NCBI GenBank assembly: GCA_964016885.1
Contig: CAXHJY010000335.1
Location: forward strand, 10,354 to 74,353
Length of the DNA: 64,000 bases
Direction of reading: 5' to 3'
DNA from: Eledone cirrhosa
Lineage: Eukaryota
Made by a program: the position numbers and the translations under genes. Shown one piece after another: positions 35,398 to 49,600 of the stretch. The notes under the pieces were generated by a model. The model had not been told where the DNA came from, searched no databases, and worked only from the letters and a program-made list of their open reading frames with translations. The first letter of the stretch is position 1, and each line of letters starts with the position of its first letter.

Positions 35398-36069
35398 CTG
35401 TAAAGAACTTTTTACCTGTTTCTCTTGATTTTGGGGATCATTCTGAGATTTCTTCTTCTCAATTTCAAAATCATTGTTTTCAAAGATGGAATCCAAAATT
35501 GGCGAAATTGTGGATGAAAAAATATCACATGTAGAAATATTACTACGGTGAGGTGAATGGCAGTGGACATCTATTTTCTCTTTATTACACTGAGAAACAT
35601 TGTGGGTAGGTGAATGGCAATTGGCATTGACTCTCTCTTTAGAATCCTTTCTTTGGGAAGGACTGTTGTATTCTGAGACTTTCTCACTGTTGGACTTAGC
35701 TGAATGTTTCTCTGATTTGGCAGGTGGAGAAAGACTGAAAAGTTCAGTGGAATAAGATTTGGCAGTGTCAGAAAAATGCAGACCAGAAAAGAGATCAATA
35801 CTTTGAGGCTGAACAATAATTTCATCTGGTGGGGTCTCATAGAATTTAGTGTCAGTTTTCTGTTTTTGAAATTCTTTAGTTTTGTTACTGGAGCAAATTT
35901 TCTCCTGATGAACAGTATGAGGGGAATGTGTGAGCTGAGCAGTTTGTGGACAACTCTGTTGCTTATCATACTGTGTAGTAATTTCAGTAATATTAAGATC
36001 TGCGAGATCAGCATCACTATTCTCAAATAAATCTTCATCATCACTACAAAAAGAATCTAATAAAATATC
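35398..36069 (-). CDS. HELQ: HELQ exon (acidic, Ser-rich N-terminal region, 224 codons)
   Basis: Pyrimidine tract and TTTCAG|GAT acceptor; open frame [16 protein letters not shown]...KSSLQ; donor CAG|GTAAGG; phase 0-0. Confidence 0.85.
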
Positions 36070-36094
36070 CTGAAAAATAAAAAAAAATAAAAAT

Positions 36095-36912
<818 letters not shown>

Positions 36913-37554
36913 TTTTATGTCCGCTTTCCTCTGCTTGCAAGGGTGGGATGGGAACTGATTCTGGCTTGATTTCTACAGCTGGATGCCCTTCCTAACACCA
37001 ACCTCATTTACAGGGAGTGCTGGGTGCTTTTTTTTTGCCGTGGCACCTCCATGACCACTTTGCAGTGGAATGATATGGACCCCAGTCCTATCATCTCATT
37101 TCTACAGCTGAGTAAACTGGAGCAATGCGAAATAAAGTGTCTTGCTCAAGGAAATAACACATCACCTGGTCTGAGAATTGAACTCACAACCTTTCGATTG
37201 CAAGGCCAATGAAAGGTTGTGAGTTCAATTCTTAGACCGGGTGATGTGTTGTTTCCTTGAGCAATATATATATACATACATATATACATCATCATCATAA
37301 TTTTACGTCCGCTTTTCCCTGCTTGCAAGGGTATATATACATACACATAAACATATATATATATACACATATATATATATATCTTTATATATATATATAA
37401 CATCTTTTTGAAGTGAACTGAGAAAGTTTTTCATAGAGCTAAGTGTATGATGTATATATATATACATATATGATGATATATATATATATATGCCTATATA
37501 TTTGCTTGCATAGGTATCCATCTGTATATATATGTTGGTAGATATACTAATTCT

Positions 37555-37616
<62 letters not shown>

Positions 37617-37736
37617 CATAGCACTTAGCTCTATGAAGTTCACTTCAAAAAGATGTTAAATTTGTACTTTACAAAATAGTTAGATGCTTTTCTTACCCAC
37701 TTTATTATTGAGCATGCCATATATATATATATACCT

Positions 37737-37975
37737 ACCTGCTTATGACACCCTTAAAATGATAACAAAAACAAAGCAACACATTACCACTGTCATTGAG
37801 GAGAAAACAGGCTCACTCCTCACAGACAAGTCTGCTGTTATCAGATTGTCTGAGTATTGCAAACACTTTTATAACCACAAACACAGACATGACAGCAGCA
37901 TCCTGGCTAATTCCACCAACTGTAATAGAGAACTGGAGGTACCCCAATTTTCTAGGAGGTAGTTAAAGAAGCATG
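37737..37975 (+). mobile_element. Decayed LINE fragment (linker between endonuclease and RT)
   Basis: AYDTLK..TK...TTVIEEKTGSLLTDKSAVI...EYCKHFYN resembles the RTE pre-RT region. Confidence 0.55.
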
Positions 37976-38017
37976 CTTAGAGATACAAAAATGAAAATAC
38001 TTTTTTTAAAGAAATAC

Positions 38018-38356
38018 CTTAGATAAAGGAGTTGAGGACTCATTTTTCACCAATTCTGTTGTCAAGTAATCAGGTGTTTTCATTGGAGATGTCAGCTGTT
38101 TGGGATTTGGGGGATTAGGCTTGTTGGCAGAATCTCCCTCTGTAAATGTGCAATGGAACCAAGTGGGTTTTTTTCCTGAGGGAATCTTTGAAGGTGAAAC
38201 TTTGCTGGAACCTTCTGGGGGGTTGTTTCCAGTGGGATCAACATCAATCTTCCTTCTGCTAGCAGATGGATAGTCAAAACTAAAGTGAGACAATGTCCTT
38301 TTGTGTACCTTAGTTTTGCGACAGGGACCTTTCTCAACATTATCACCATCATTCAT
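38018..38356 (-). CDS. HELQ: HELQ first coding exon (probable start ATG at 38356; disordered N-terminus)
   Basis: MNDGDNVEK...TPLSK ends at AAG|GTATTT (phase 0), matching the next exon. An in-frame TAG lies upstream of the ATG, and there is a candidate acceptor TTTCAG at 38424-38423. Assigned by phase and position, not by conservation. Confidence 0.7.
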
Positions 38357-39401
38357 AGCAGTCCCCTACGTTGAGTGCATGAAGTAACAACAGTAGCAGC
38401 AGTAGGAGCAGGCTGGAGCCAACTGAAATAAGTTACAAACACATATGAGCTAAAACATACAACAAAATATATTCTATAAGACATTAGAATGAAGGAAAAT
38501 AGAAAGGCTTTGTAAGGGGCATTTATAGTATGTAGAGCTGCTATAGATATTTTATGAGGCAATCACACACACACTAACAAATACACAAACACATACAAAC
38601 ATACACATTCATACAACTTCTGCTAAAATACCTGTCCAAAACCCAGTCATAAATATTTTCTCCAATTAGGAATTGCAGAAAAAAATCAATATAATCATAA
38701 AAATGTTTCTCTGTAAAATTCAATTACTAAATATACATTATTCTAAAATATACAAGGAAACATGGTGTGGGCAATAAATTGCAGTTATGTCCCAATGTAC
38801 TTTAAGTGGTTTTAATACCTCCCAGTCCTTGAGTATCTGTAACCCTACACCCTAACCCTCGGGAACCTTTAATATCTCCCCTAGTCCTTGGGTGCATTTA
38901 ACATACCCTGGTCCTTAGATGCCGCTAACACCCATCTGTCTTTCAGGTGTCTTTAACACCTCTCCCAGCCCTCGGGTACCTTTAAAATCATCGCCAGGTC
39001 CATGGGTACCTTTAACACTTCCACTGGCCCTTTGTTACTTTTACCAAAGTCCACGCCGTCGCCAGGTGATTGTGTTATAGGACACCAAGGACCAGGTGGT
39101 GGTGTTACAGGTAACCAAGGAACAGGTGATTGTGTTCAAGATACCCAGGGACCAGATAATGGTGTTCAAGTCACCCAAGAACTAAGTGAAGGAAGTGTTT
39201 CAACTTAGTAACAGATCAAGTCTGAAATTAGGCGGTGAATTAACAGAGTCGTTAGAACTTCAGATAAATGCTTTGTGGCATTCCTTATAGATCACTGCAA
39301 TCTGAATTCAAATCCCGCCGAGGTCAACTTTACCTTTCATCCTTTCTTCTTTCGCTATATCTCTTTATAACTCTTCTCTTGTAAAAATCGGCTGTTCTGA
39401 C

Positions 39402-39500
39402 CCGGGGAGGGGATAGGCTCCGCCATGTTTAAAAAACGCCCAAGAAACGTCGTAAGTCACTACGGCCACTCTACGGCTCCATCAAGACTTGCGGGTCCAT
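39402..39500 (-). promoter_or_regulatory. Probable HELQ promoter and first exon
   Basis: Local CpG-richer unique sequence; YY1-type motif AAACATGGCGG (plus strand 39420-39430); candidate donor CGG|GTCAGA at 39402/39401. Confidence 0.45.
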
Positions 39501-40042
39501 ACATACAAGTCCGAAATATTGAACAAAGGCACACAAAAACTTCAAGGAATAAAAATATGAAAAGTTGAGAAGATATTTTGAAAAACTGACCTTTTAAAAG
39601 TTAAAATTTATAGTTTGAAATATTTGCTGATCTTGACAACAAAAGATTTGAATAGGAAATATTTCTTTGTTGTTAATTAAACAAATTGCACACAGTCCCT
39701 TATATCAACGGCAGCATGCTCATTGCATTATTACTGAATACAGTTTTATATGATTTTGACACTAAGTCAGGCTAATATGATATTTATGATATGATATGAT
39801 ATTTACATGTGTGCTGTATTTACAAACTCCACAAAGCGGTGTAACAATGAAATATTATTCCTAATGTGTAAAACCGGTGTTAAGTAATATGATGTGATAT
39901 TTTCATTTATTTCCACCTGTGACTATCTCTCTCATGATGAAGTGCTCTAAATCTATATAGAAGATACACCAAGACAGATTTACACGATAGATTACATATG
40001 CGTGTGAAAGAAATTTCACGTTGTGGAAAGGGGATGGTAAAA

Positions 40043-40073
<31 letters not shown>

Positions 40074-40179
40074 TGAGTGAGAGAGAAAAAGAAAGAGAGA
40101 ACGGTGGTGGCGGTGAACAACAACGAACGCTGATTTTTTTGTCATCGTTTTTCTTACGTCTTTATGGAAAGGGTGGTAA

Positions 40180-40225
<46 letters not shown>

Positions 40226-40232
<7 letters not shown>

Positions 40233-40945
40233 CATTGCCATGGAGAATGGTCACCGACACCCGCTGCAACAACCACCCTACCTCATGGGGCTCTTTCCTC
40301 AGACGGGCTGTTACATTTCTGATTTTGCGGAGGAAATCGGCAGTGCAGGGAAGGTGGCCGGTGCGAAAAGGAAGCGGTCGGGGCAAGCCCTGGCATTTGT
40401 TTATCTTCGTTTCCTCTGCATTGCGGATAGTGGTGCCTGGGTTTGCTACCGAAGTGACTAAGTTGGGGACAGACAACAAGTTGCAAAGCATCGCGTCCCA
40501 GATTAGGGATTTACCTCACTCGAATAGGAAGGCACGTACCACACGTAATCTACACGGCAAAGATGCTTAGTGGTATATTTAATGATCACAGAAATGACTG
40601 AAATACGGTTAACCCGAAAGATCTCTGGAGTAACGTTAATCGATTGGGTGCGAAGCTCAGAGATCAGTAGCGCCATTACCTCTTTAAATTGAGAGATCAC
40701 AGCTCCGAATGTCTAAGGAAAGAATCGTTGGACAGATTTTACTTTGAAAACCAACCGACAGGAGACCCAGGGGTACCTCGAACAAGATAGTTTTATAACA
40801 TTCATGAACTCGGCTGGTCTCGCTTGGGGATGATGCCGGATCAATTAGAAACGGTTGCGTCTGACAAGACCCTTTGGAAGGCGCGCTTGAGGACTTTATC
40901 TCTACGACCCTCCCAGGAATAAGTGTGTAAAGAAGAGTAGGAAAT
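40226..40945 (+). mobile_element. Short bipartite non-autonomous RTE derivative after (GA)n
   Basis: GC-rich hairpin-forming 5' part joined to a decayed RTE-type C-terminus ...WSRLGMMPDQLETVASDKTLWKARLRTLSLRPSQE*. Confidence 0.6.
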
Positions 40946-41490
40946 TATTATATATTTATCTTAATTATAGAATTTTGTATAAAACTGTGACTCTTTAAGG
41001 GTCACTAGTATATTCCCCTGATGTTTGCACCCTACTTAGTCAACTTTTAAGGTTGAGCAATGTGTTTCTCTGGGGTCTGCGCCTGCCTAATTGACCTAAT
41101 GGTAACGACGAACTGATATACCATAAATACATCACAATAAAAATAAAAAATATTCAAGATTTAAAAATCAAGGGAAACTACTCTTGTAAAAATAATACAT
41201 GAGTAGTTTTCCTTAGTTTCTAAACGAGGAAAATATTTTCTTAGACTTATTTGTCTCCCTTGCATCCGAAAGGTTTTAGACTTTTATTCTTATGGGATCG
41301 ATAAAATAAAGTACAAGTAACACGCAAAAGTCGATTGAATCAACATTTTCCACCAGAAAATTGTTGGCCTTGTGTCTAAATCAGAAGCCATTATTGTTAT
41401 TATTAGTTCTTCACGTATTTCGATTCTATCGGAAGGTGTTTATAGCATAAGAAGTCCTAGAATAAACCAAAGCGGATCAACAACATTACT

Positions 41491-41492
<2 letters not shown>

Positions 41493-41529
<37 letters not shown>

Positions 41530-41742
41530 GCAGCACGACCACAACCACTACCATCACCACCACCACCACCACCACCACCACCACGAACACCAACAACAGT
41601 AACAACAACGACAACACCACCACCACGAACAACAACAACAGTAACAACGACAACACGCCACCAACACCACTATCACCACCACCAACAACAGCAGTGACAC
41701 CATCACCACCACCACTAACAACAACAACATCAGCATCAGCAG
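41493..41742. repeat. Compound trinucleotide tract (CAG)n/(CAC)n/(CAA)n
   Basis: Seen directly. Confidence 0.92.
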
Positions 41743-42144
41743 TAACGAAAGTTTAGAAAACTGAGCAGCCAGGTTTAAGCTATCGTGCGCATGCGTGGCT
41801 CCCTTTTTCAAAGAAAAGAGATTGACAGAGTTTAAAGAAAGAGGAAATAGAATGGCTCGAGGATGGGGTGGGGGTATGTGAGAGGAGGCGGATGTTAGCA
41901 ATCAGACGATTGATTGCTTGGCATTGATACCTGGGAAACCAGCTGCCACACTAACATACAGCTGCACTATCACACACATAGTAACACACACAGTAACACA
42001 CACAGTGACGCACACAATGACATACACAATGAGACACACAGTGACACAGAGAGTGACAAAAGCATTCATAAATACACAGATACTTAATGGCACATACAGA
42101 CACAGCCACACTGCCTCAGAGTCATACTATCATACATACACACA

Positions 42145-42568
42145 CAATTAAATACATGCATACATACATACATACATACATACATACATACATACATACA
42201 TACATACATACATACATACATACATACATACATGGTGGCTGCCAACTCGTTTTCGAGTACGGCCACTACTTTATATCCATGTAGGAGAACCCCTACCGAT
42301 GCGCTGAACGAGTGTGACTTTTTAGTCCAGCCAGCGACTTGAAAACTCTGGTACAAACACTACACTTGTGACAATTATTGACACAGTGTACATGGTACCA
42401 TGTGACGACAAGTGCAGAGAGATCTCCAGATACAAAGCAATGCCTGTGCCGTGAAGCTTTTATAATGAGCAAAGGAACTGCACAAAGCTAGTCCCACTCT
42501 CTTAACCAAGATGATATTTACCAAAAAGAAGAACAAGTCAACATCATTGGATACCATCAGGGTTGCAG
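42145..42568. repeat. Unclassified repeat X, copy 1 (with leading (TACA)n)
   Basis: Highly similar direct copy at 50129-50610. Confidence 0.9.
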
Positions 42569-42835
42569 GTGTTATATCAGAGTTTTCCTTCTCCTAGAAT
42601 TCTGCCTTGACAAAGGCTAAGGGGTCATCTCTCCCGGTGATTTTGGATGGCCATTGACTCTTAAGAGCTCCTCTGCCCTTTGACAGGTTTTGTTTTTAGT
42701 CCTGCAGGATGTCCAAAGTCACCTTCCTCACCAAGAAACCTTGGTGGGGTTGCCAGTTTAGTCGCCAACGACCCAACCATGAGACAGGTTGTACTGGGAT
42801 ACATGTTACCAGTAGCACCAACTGGTGACCTGACA
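42569..42835 (-). mobile_element. Probable RTE 5' UTR fragment
   Basis: Minus strand contains AAGGCAG...CTAGGAGAAGGAAAACTCTGAT, a motif I associate with RTE 5' UTRs; not checked by search. Confidence 0.5.
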
Positions 42836-42894
42836 TATCATACATACATACATACATACATACATACATACATACATACATACATACATACATA

Positions 42895-43203
42895 GGACAT
42901 CTACGGACCATTGATGAGGAGTTTACAAATCCAATATCCAAGATACACCTTTAGCTTCATACCCATCATTATTGGAGCTACGGGTTATATACCAACCCGC
43001 TTGGACCAAAGTATGACTGAACTTGGATTTGCGGACAAAAAGCGCAGCTCCCTAATTCATAGTCTACAAATGACTGCGATAGCTGGCACCTTCAAAATTT
43101 GCAAAACATTCTTGCGATTCAAGGGATGACAATTTCTTTTCTTTTACAACCTTGCCACCAGGAAGGTGGCCGGTCAAAAAAATATACTCGAAATTAAGAG
43201 AAA
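42895..43203 (+). mobile_element. R4/Dong-like RLE retrotransposon, 3' fragment, in (CATA)n
   Basis: FIPIIIGATGYIP...AIAGTFKICKTFL is homologous to the C-terminus of the neighbouring element. Confidence 0.85.
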
Positions 43204-43237
43204 CATACATACATACATACATACATACATACATACA

Positions 43238-43267
<30 letters not shown>

Positions 43268-43268
<1 letters not shown>

Positions 43269-46200
43269 CTAACTCGACTATTGTGGAAAATACTATCGAT
43301 AATGATAATCAAAAGTATAAACAATTGAAAATTTCCCTCAATGAAATCTTCCAGAGAGAAATTAATTCATGTATAAATATCTCTCTTGCTGAACATGTTA
43401 AAATGACAATGTTGAATAAAAAACCAAATAATGAAATATTACGTGTTATTGACGAAATAGGGGATGAATATTTACGACGGATAAAAACCCCAACATTTTG
43501 GCAAATCAACGCCTGTTTATATGCCTTAGCAATGACAGTGAAGCATTATCTTGGTGACAGCAGAGATATTAACAAGAACAAAACACCACCAAAAATACCA
43601 TCATATATAACTAAAATAGAAAAAAAGATTGCTGACCTACGAAAAAAATATAGGATATGTGACAATGCTCCTTACATGCAAACAAACGCAAAAAAACCTC
43701 ACTCCTCGCCAACAAATAGTGAAAAATAAAATAGAGACGATGTTTGGTAACAGTAGAACCAGAACTCCCCAATATAAGCTGATCACCCTCAAACAAGAAT
43801 TGAGAGCTCTTAGCGAAAAACGCCGATACCTGAAGAAGGTAGATGAGAGAAAAGTGCTTAATAAAAGATTCAGACGAAACCAAACATCAGTCTATAGAGA
43901 TATGAAGGGCAAAATAATAAATGTCACTGAGGCCCCATCCCAGAAAGACATAGATTCTTTTGGAGCAAAATATGGGGTGAAAAGATGAATTTCAACCAAG
44001 ATGACGTGTGGCTAAGAGAAATCCGAAAGAACTATTGCTCCTACACTACAACAAAAACATACGAAATAAGTGAGGGTACCCTTGAGACTCTAATAGGAAA
44101 ACTCCAAGATAAGAAAACACCAGGAAGAGACATGATTGTCGGCTACTGGTACAAAAAAACTGACCTCTACCAACAAGTTCTTAAGGGAGATACACTTATA
44201 CCAGAATGGTTGACATTAGGACAAACATTACTGGTCCCCAAGAACTAAGACACCCACTTGGAAAAAAACTACCGACCCATTGCATGCCAGAACCTGATGT
44301 ATAAGATGTATTCAGCCTGCCTGAACCTATTCCTCCAAGATCACTGTGAAAATAATAACATCATCACAGCTGAACAAGCAGCTGGAAAGAAAGGGGTTTG
44401 GGGATGTGCTGAACAACTCCTAATCAACAAAACTGCGATGTCGGAGGTGCGACAACTTAGGAGGAATATGACTACAGTCTGGCTGGACTACAGGAAAGCT
44501 TTTGATTCTGTTCCCCACTCTTGGATGATAGAGGCCCTCCAACTTGCTAAAGTCCCAGACATTATTGTCAGAGCCATAGAGAGGCTATCTTCTTCTTGGG
44601 CTACTATCCTAAGGTTAAAGACAGAGAGGGAGGACTCTATTTTTACTGATAAAATAAAATATTGCAGGGTATATTTCAGGGGGACAGTCTCTCTGTGATA
44701 TTATTCATTTTGTTATTAAACCCCTTGTCCTTTCTGTTCAAGAAATGTGAGGGATACATCATTGGCTCACAGGAGGACAGAAATACGAACCTAACCCATA
44801 ATTTCTTTGTGGACGATCTGAAACTCTATGCCAAGAACATGGATGGGATGAAGAAAAATCTTGACCTGGTTACAACGTTCTCAAAGGATATAGGAATGGA
44901 GTTTGGCCAAGATAAATGCTCATACATGACTGTAAAGCGGGGAAAAACAACAACCCAATCTAGCAACATTGTCATCAATGGCCTAACTGTTTCACCGATA
45001 TCTGATGAGGACTGCTACAGATACCTGGGGATAGATGAGAACATATCCTATAATCGTATCTGTAATAAAGAACGCGTAACCAACGAATACTACACCCGAT
45101 TAAGAAAGATCTGGTCATTGGAACTCTCTGCGCAAAACAAAACAGTGGCTCACAATGTGTTTGCTGTGCCTGTCCTAACACCAACATTTGGAATACTCAA
45201 TTGGACGATAGACGAAATCCGAGCAGTTGATGTTGGAACTCGAAAAATACTGAACAACACCGGAAACTTCCACATCAACAATGACATAGACCGCCTTTAC
45301 TTAAAACGTAAGCAGGGAGGCAGAGGCCTAACATCAGTCCAAGCAACATTTGAATGTCGCATTATATCTCTCCGACAACATCTACGAACATCAAAGCGTA
45401 GGAGCTCGTTTCTCGAGCAAGTCTATCTGCATGAAACGGATAAGATCATGAGAGTTGGGAAGGAACTCCTCGAGAGATATTCCCTGTGTGATAATCAAAA
45501 ACTCACACCCAGGGATGTCGCACAGCAGTATCGCAGTGAATCCATGGATGAAAAACTGCATGCCTATCAGCAAAAAAATCATGCATGGATATGTTGCCAG
45601 GAAGCTCCAGAGTGAGAGTAATATAGATAAACAAAGTAATCTATCTTGGACCAACAACCGCTATATTGGCTCCCACTTTGAAGGATACGCTTTTGCAATC
45701 CAGGAACAGGAGATTAGCACGAAATACCTGATTCACAAAAGAGATAGGGATGTAGGCAAAACACCTAGATGTGATAACAAATGCAGACTCTGCAGAACTA
45801 ACATCGAGGATATCACCCATGTTGTCAGCAGCTGTCCAAAGATGTCATCGTGGTACTATCTACCTATGAGGCATGATGTAGTGGCCAAAACACTGTACAA
45901 TGCAGTTCGAAAAAAATATAGCCCCGATAATAAACACATTAAAAGCTACAGCAATGTGGAAGACATCCATGTACATAATATGAAAGAGTACTGGTGGAAT
46001 GTTCCAGTAAAAACCACAATAAAATGCAGGCATAACAGACCAGATATTATGATATGGGACAGGGAGAAGAAAGCATGCACAGTAGTGGAAATTAGCTGCC
46101 CAGCAGATGCCAATATAATATCAAAGATTAGTGAAAAGGAGAACATTTATGCAGAACTGATGAGAAATTTGCATATACTCCACCCTGATTACACCTTCAG

Positions 46201-46603
46201 ATTTATGCCTGTGATTATTTGGGCACTGGGATATGTTAGTAACTGCCTCAATACAAATCTTGAGAAGCTAGTCTTCACAGGAATAGAAAGAACACAACTA
46301 GTTAGGAAATTACAAGTACAATCCATTAATGGAACAGTAAAAATATGTAAGACATTCCAAAACTTTTGCATCTAATAACTGCATATACACATATTCAGAT
46401 GCAAAGCATATACACATGCACACATACAACTCAAAACGTACACATCCACACATACAATAACATCCATATCTACACATTCATGCATACATACATATCTACC
46501 TAGCTGGTGATGTGTAAATTCCAATGAGAGAGTCTTGTGTCTATGTTAGAAATCGACTCTCTCTCTATTGGTAAAACTTTGTGAAATTATAAAACCAGAA
46601 GAA
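43268..46603 (+). mobile_element. R4/Dong-like RLE retrotransposon, frameshifted, in (CATA)n
   Basis: KTPGRD, NYRPIAC, DYRKAFDSVPH, GIFQGDSLS, FVDDLK, CRLC..EDITHVVSSC, RHD and RPD..VVEISCP..K (restriction-like endonuclease). Confidence 0.92.
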
Positions 46604-46641
46604 CATACATACATACATACGTACATGCATACATACATACA

Positions 46642-49600
46642 TGATAGCTGCCCCCTTGTTATCTAGTATGGCCATTGCACGAGAAAAAACCCCATAATAA
46701 TAACAACAATAATAATAATAACAACAATAATAACAACAACAACAACAATAATAATATACATATATATATATACTCACATGCACATACATAAACATATCTA
46801 CACACACATGATAGCAATTAACAGCGCTGCGATCGAATGTGGTCTTTTAGCCCAGCCAATGATCTAAAATGTCTTGCACAGAGTTGGCAGCCAAAATATT
46901 CACTGGGAATAGCCGGCTGTGGTTGGAGTTCATGTACTTTTGCATGTCGCTTGAGCCCTCCTGCTGGTTTACATTCTCTACCACATGCTTGGCAAGCATG
47001 ATGAGTAGCATCTCCAACAGCAGCCTGGTAGTCAACCACTGGTCTTACTTTATGACTGCGAAGATGACTTTCGAGTCCAGCTTTGCTTAGGCAGAGTCTC
47101 GCACAGACGCTGCATGTCAGCACCATAGGAGGACCCTCGCCGTCTGGAAGTACAACAGCAATGCCCTTCCTCACATCCCGCTTTACTTTCTCGTATGCGA
47201 TTCGAGATGCCTCAAAGGCAACTTTCCCCTCATACACAGTCTTTCTCCATTTATTACGATCAGCAGCAACATTTTCCCATGTATCAGCAGAGATGTTAGC
47301 GTCTTTCAAAGAGGTTTTCAAGGAATCCTTATACCTCTTTTTTGGTTTATGTGGCGGTCGTTCTCCTTTAACTAACTCTCCATAAAGAGTTGTTTGGGTA
47401 TTCTAGAATCCTTCATCCTGGCAAGGTGACCACTCCAACGGAGTCGTTGCTTAAGCACAAGAGCTTCTATACTGTCACACAGAGAGTTTTCCAAAATCTC
47501 GACATCACTGATGTGGTCCCTCCAGCGAACGCCATGGATCCGTCTGAGACACATCTGATAGAAACGCTCCAATTGCTTAAGGTGGTGTCGATATGTGACC
47601 CAAATCTCACAGGCATAAAGAAGAGAAGAGAGCACACATGCTTTGTACACCTTTACTTTTGTCGTCTTGCATATGTCTCGCCGACCCCAGAGTCGCCTTT
47701 CTAGCTTTCCGAAAGCATCACTTGCTTTCCTAATCCTGAGTGGGATTTCATTATCAAGGTTGCTGTATCGATTGACAGTGCTTCCCAGGTAGACAAACTG
47801 ATCAACCACTCCAAGTCGTTTACCATACACATAGATATTTGGTTCACTGTACTGCTTACCAGGGGCAGGTTGGTACATGACGACAGTTTTCTTGAGGCTG
47901 ACAGTCAATCATAGGGCAGTGCAAGCATCAGAAAATGCATTCAAAATGTGCTGCATATCACTCTCTGTGTGCGCTACAAGATCGCAATCATCTGCATACA
48001 AGAGGTCTCTTATGATTGATGTAAATACTTTTGTTTTTGCAGCAAAGCGCCTGATGTTAAATATGCTGCCTTAGGTTTGATATCGGATGTAAACACCATG
48101 ATCGCAATTCCTGAATGCAATATAGTAAACCATTGCAAAGTATATGGCAAACAGGGTCGGTGCTGGAATATCCCCCTGTTTCACTCCATTTTTTATAGAG
48201 ATAGGCTCTGACATGTTACCTCCGACATTAACCCAAGCCTTCATGTCGTCATGGAAAGACCTAACTAAAGCAAGGAACTTATCAGGGCAACCAAGTTTCT
48301 GGAGAACCTTCCATAATGCATTTCTGTAACAGTATAGAAAGCTTTTGTCAGATCGACAAAAACCTGATACAGATCCAAACCTTGTTCCATGCACTTCTCC
48401 TGGAGCTGTCTAGCTGAGAAGATCATATCAGTAGTGTCGCGTCCAGCACGAAAACCAGATTGACTTTCAGGAAGAACACAATCTGCAATGTGTGTCAGCA
48501 GACGGTCCAGAAGCACCCTACATAAAACTTTCCCCACGACAGAAAGCAATGATATACCTCTGTAGTTCCCACAATCATTCCTGTTACCCTTTCCCTTGTA
48601 CAAGACCACCATTACTGCATCTCTCCAGTCCTCAGGTACGGATTCATTAGCCCATATCCTGCCAAACAAAGAGTGAAGATGCTGCAGAAGTCTCTCACCA
48701 CCATATTGTAGGAGCTCTGCATATATGCCATCCATACATGGAGACCTTCCACTGTTCAGCTTCGAGATAACCACTGCAACCTCCACAAGCGTCGAAGGTT
48801 CTGCGAGAGATACTTTCACAGAACTTTCTGGAATGAGATTGTGGAAGTCTTCATTGACGACAGACGGCTGATTCAAAAGCTCATGAAAGTGCTCTCGCCA
48901 CCTTCGTAGAATTCCTTGTGATGCACGAAGAAGTTCTTTGCCATCCTTGCTGCGAAGCGGTATCACAAGAGAAGAAGACGGTCCATAAACCTCACGCAAG
49001 AGACTGTACAACAGCTTTGTGTTATTGGAATCTGACGCAGTTTGTATCTCATCAGCCTTCTCACTCCACCACTGATCCTTCATCTGAGAAAGACTCCGCC
49101 TAACACGTGATTTCACATCCTTGAGTTCCTTATGCAACATATTCTTCTTCTGTGGTTTTGCCATCAAGTAGCGTGACAGAGCACGCCTCTTATCAGCCAA
49201 CAAGTCTTCTATATGTTCATCATTCTCATTGAACTAGTCTTGATGTTTTCTCTGCACCAATCCCAGAACACGCCTGCCTACATCATAAACCAACTTTTTA
49301 AGGGTCGGCCAATCCTCACCAAGATCTGCAACATGCATCTCTTCTCGCAATCTCCTCTTTACATTTTTATCCCTAAGACGAGCAGCATTCAATCTTCTGG
49401 GCAGGGCAACACCAGGAGCCCGGATTTTACGTTTAGTGATTAGTTTCACTTTTGCGTGTACCAGGCGGTGGTCCGTCCAGCACTCAGCTCCACGAAGAGC
49501 ACGAACACACTGCACATCCCGTCTGTTACGCATCCTGACTACGACGTAGTCCAAAAGATGCCATTCCTTAGATGCAGGATGCATCCATGTAGTCTTAAAT

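Noticed and set aside
41372-41901. Poly-Ala/poly-His ORF suggesting a transcription-factor exon
   Set aside because: Trinucleotide microsatellite with stops, no recognisable domain and no splice support.
42740-42835. HDV-like ribozyme in the RTE 5' UTR fragment
   Set aside because: A P1-like pair (GGTCACC/GGCGACT) exists, but I could not place P3, P1.1 or J4/2.
46500-46603. Hammerhead or SECIS element in the R4-like 3' UTR
   Set aside because: A hairpin is present, but the CUGANGA core with stem III and the SECIS quartet are not convincingly formed.
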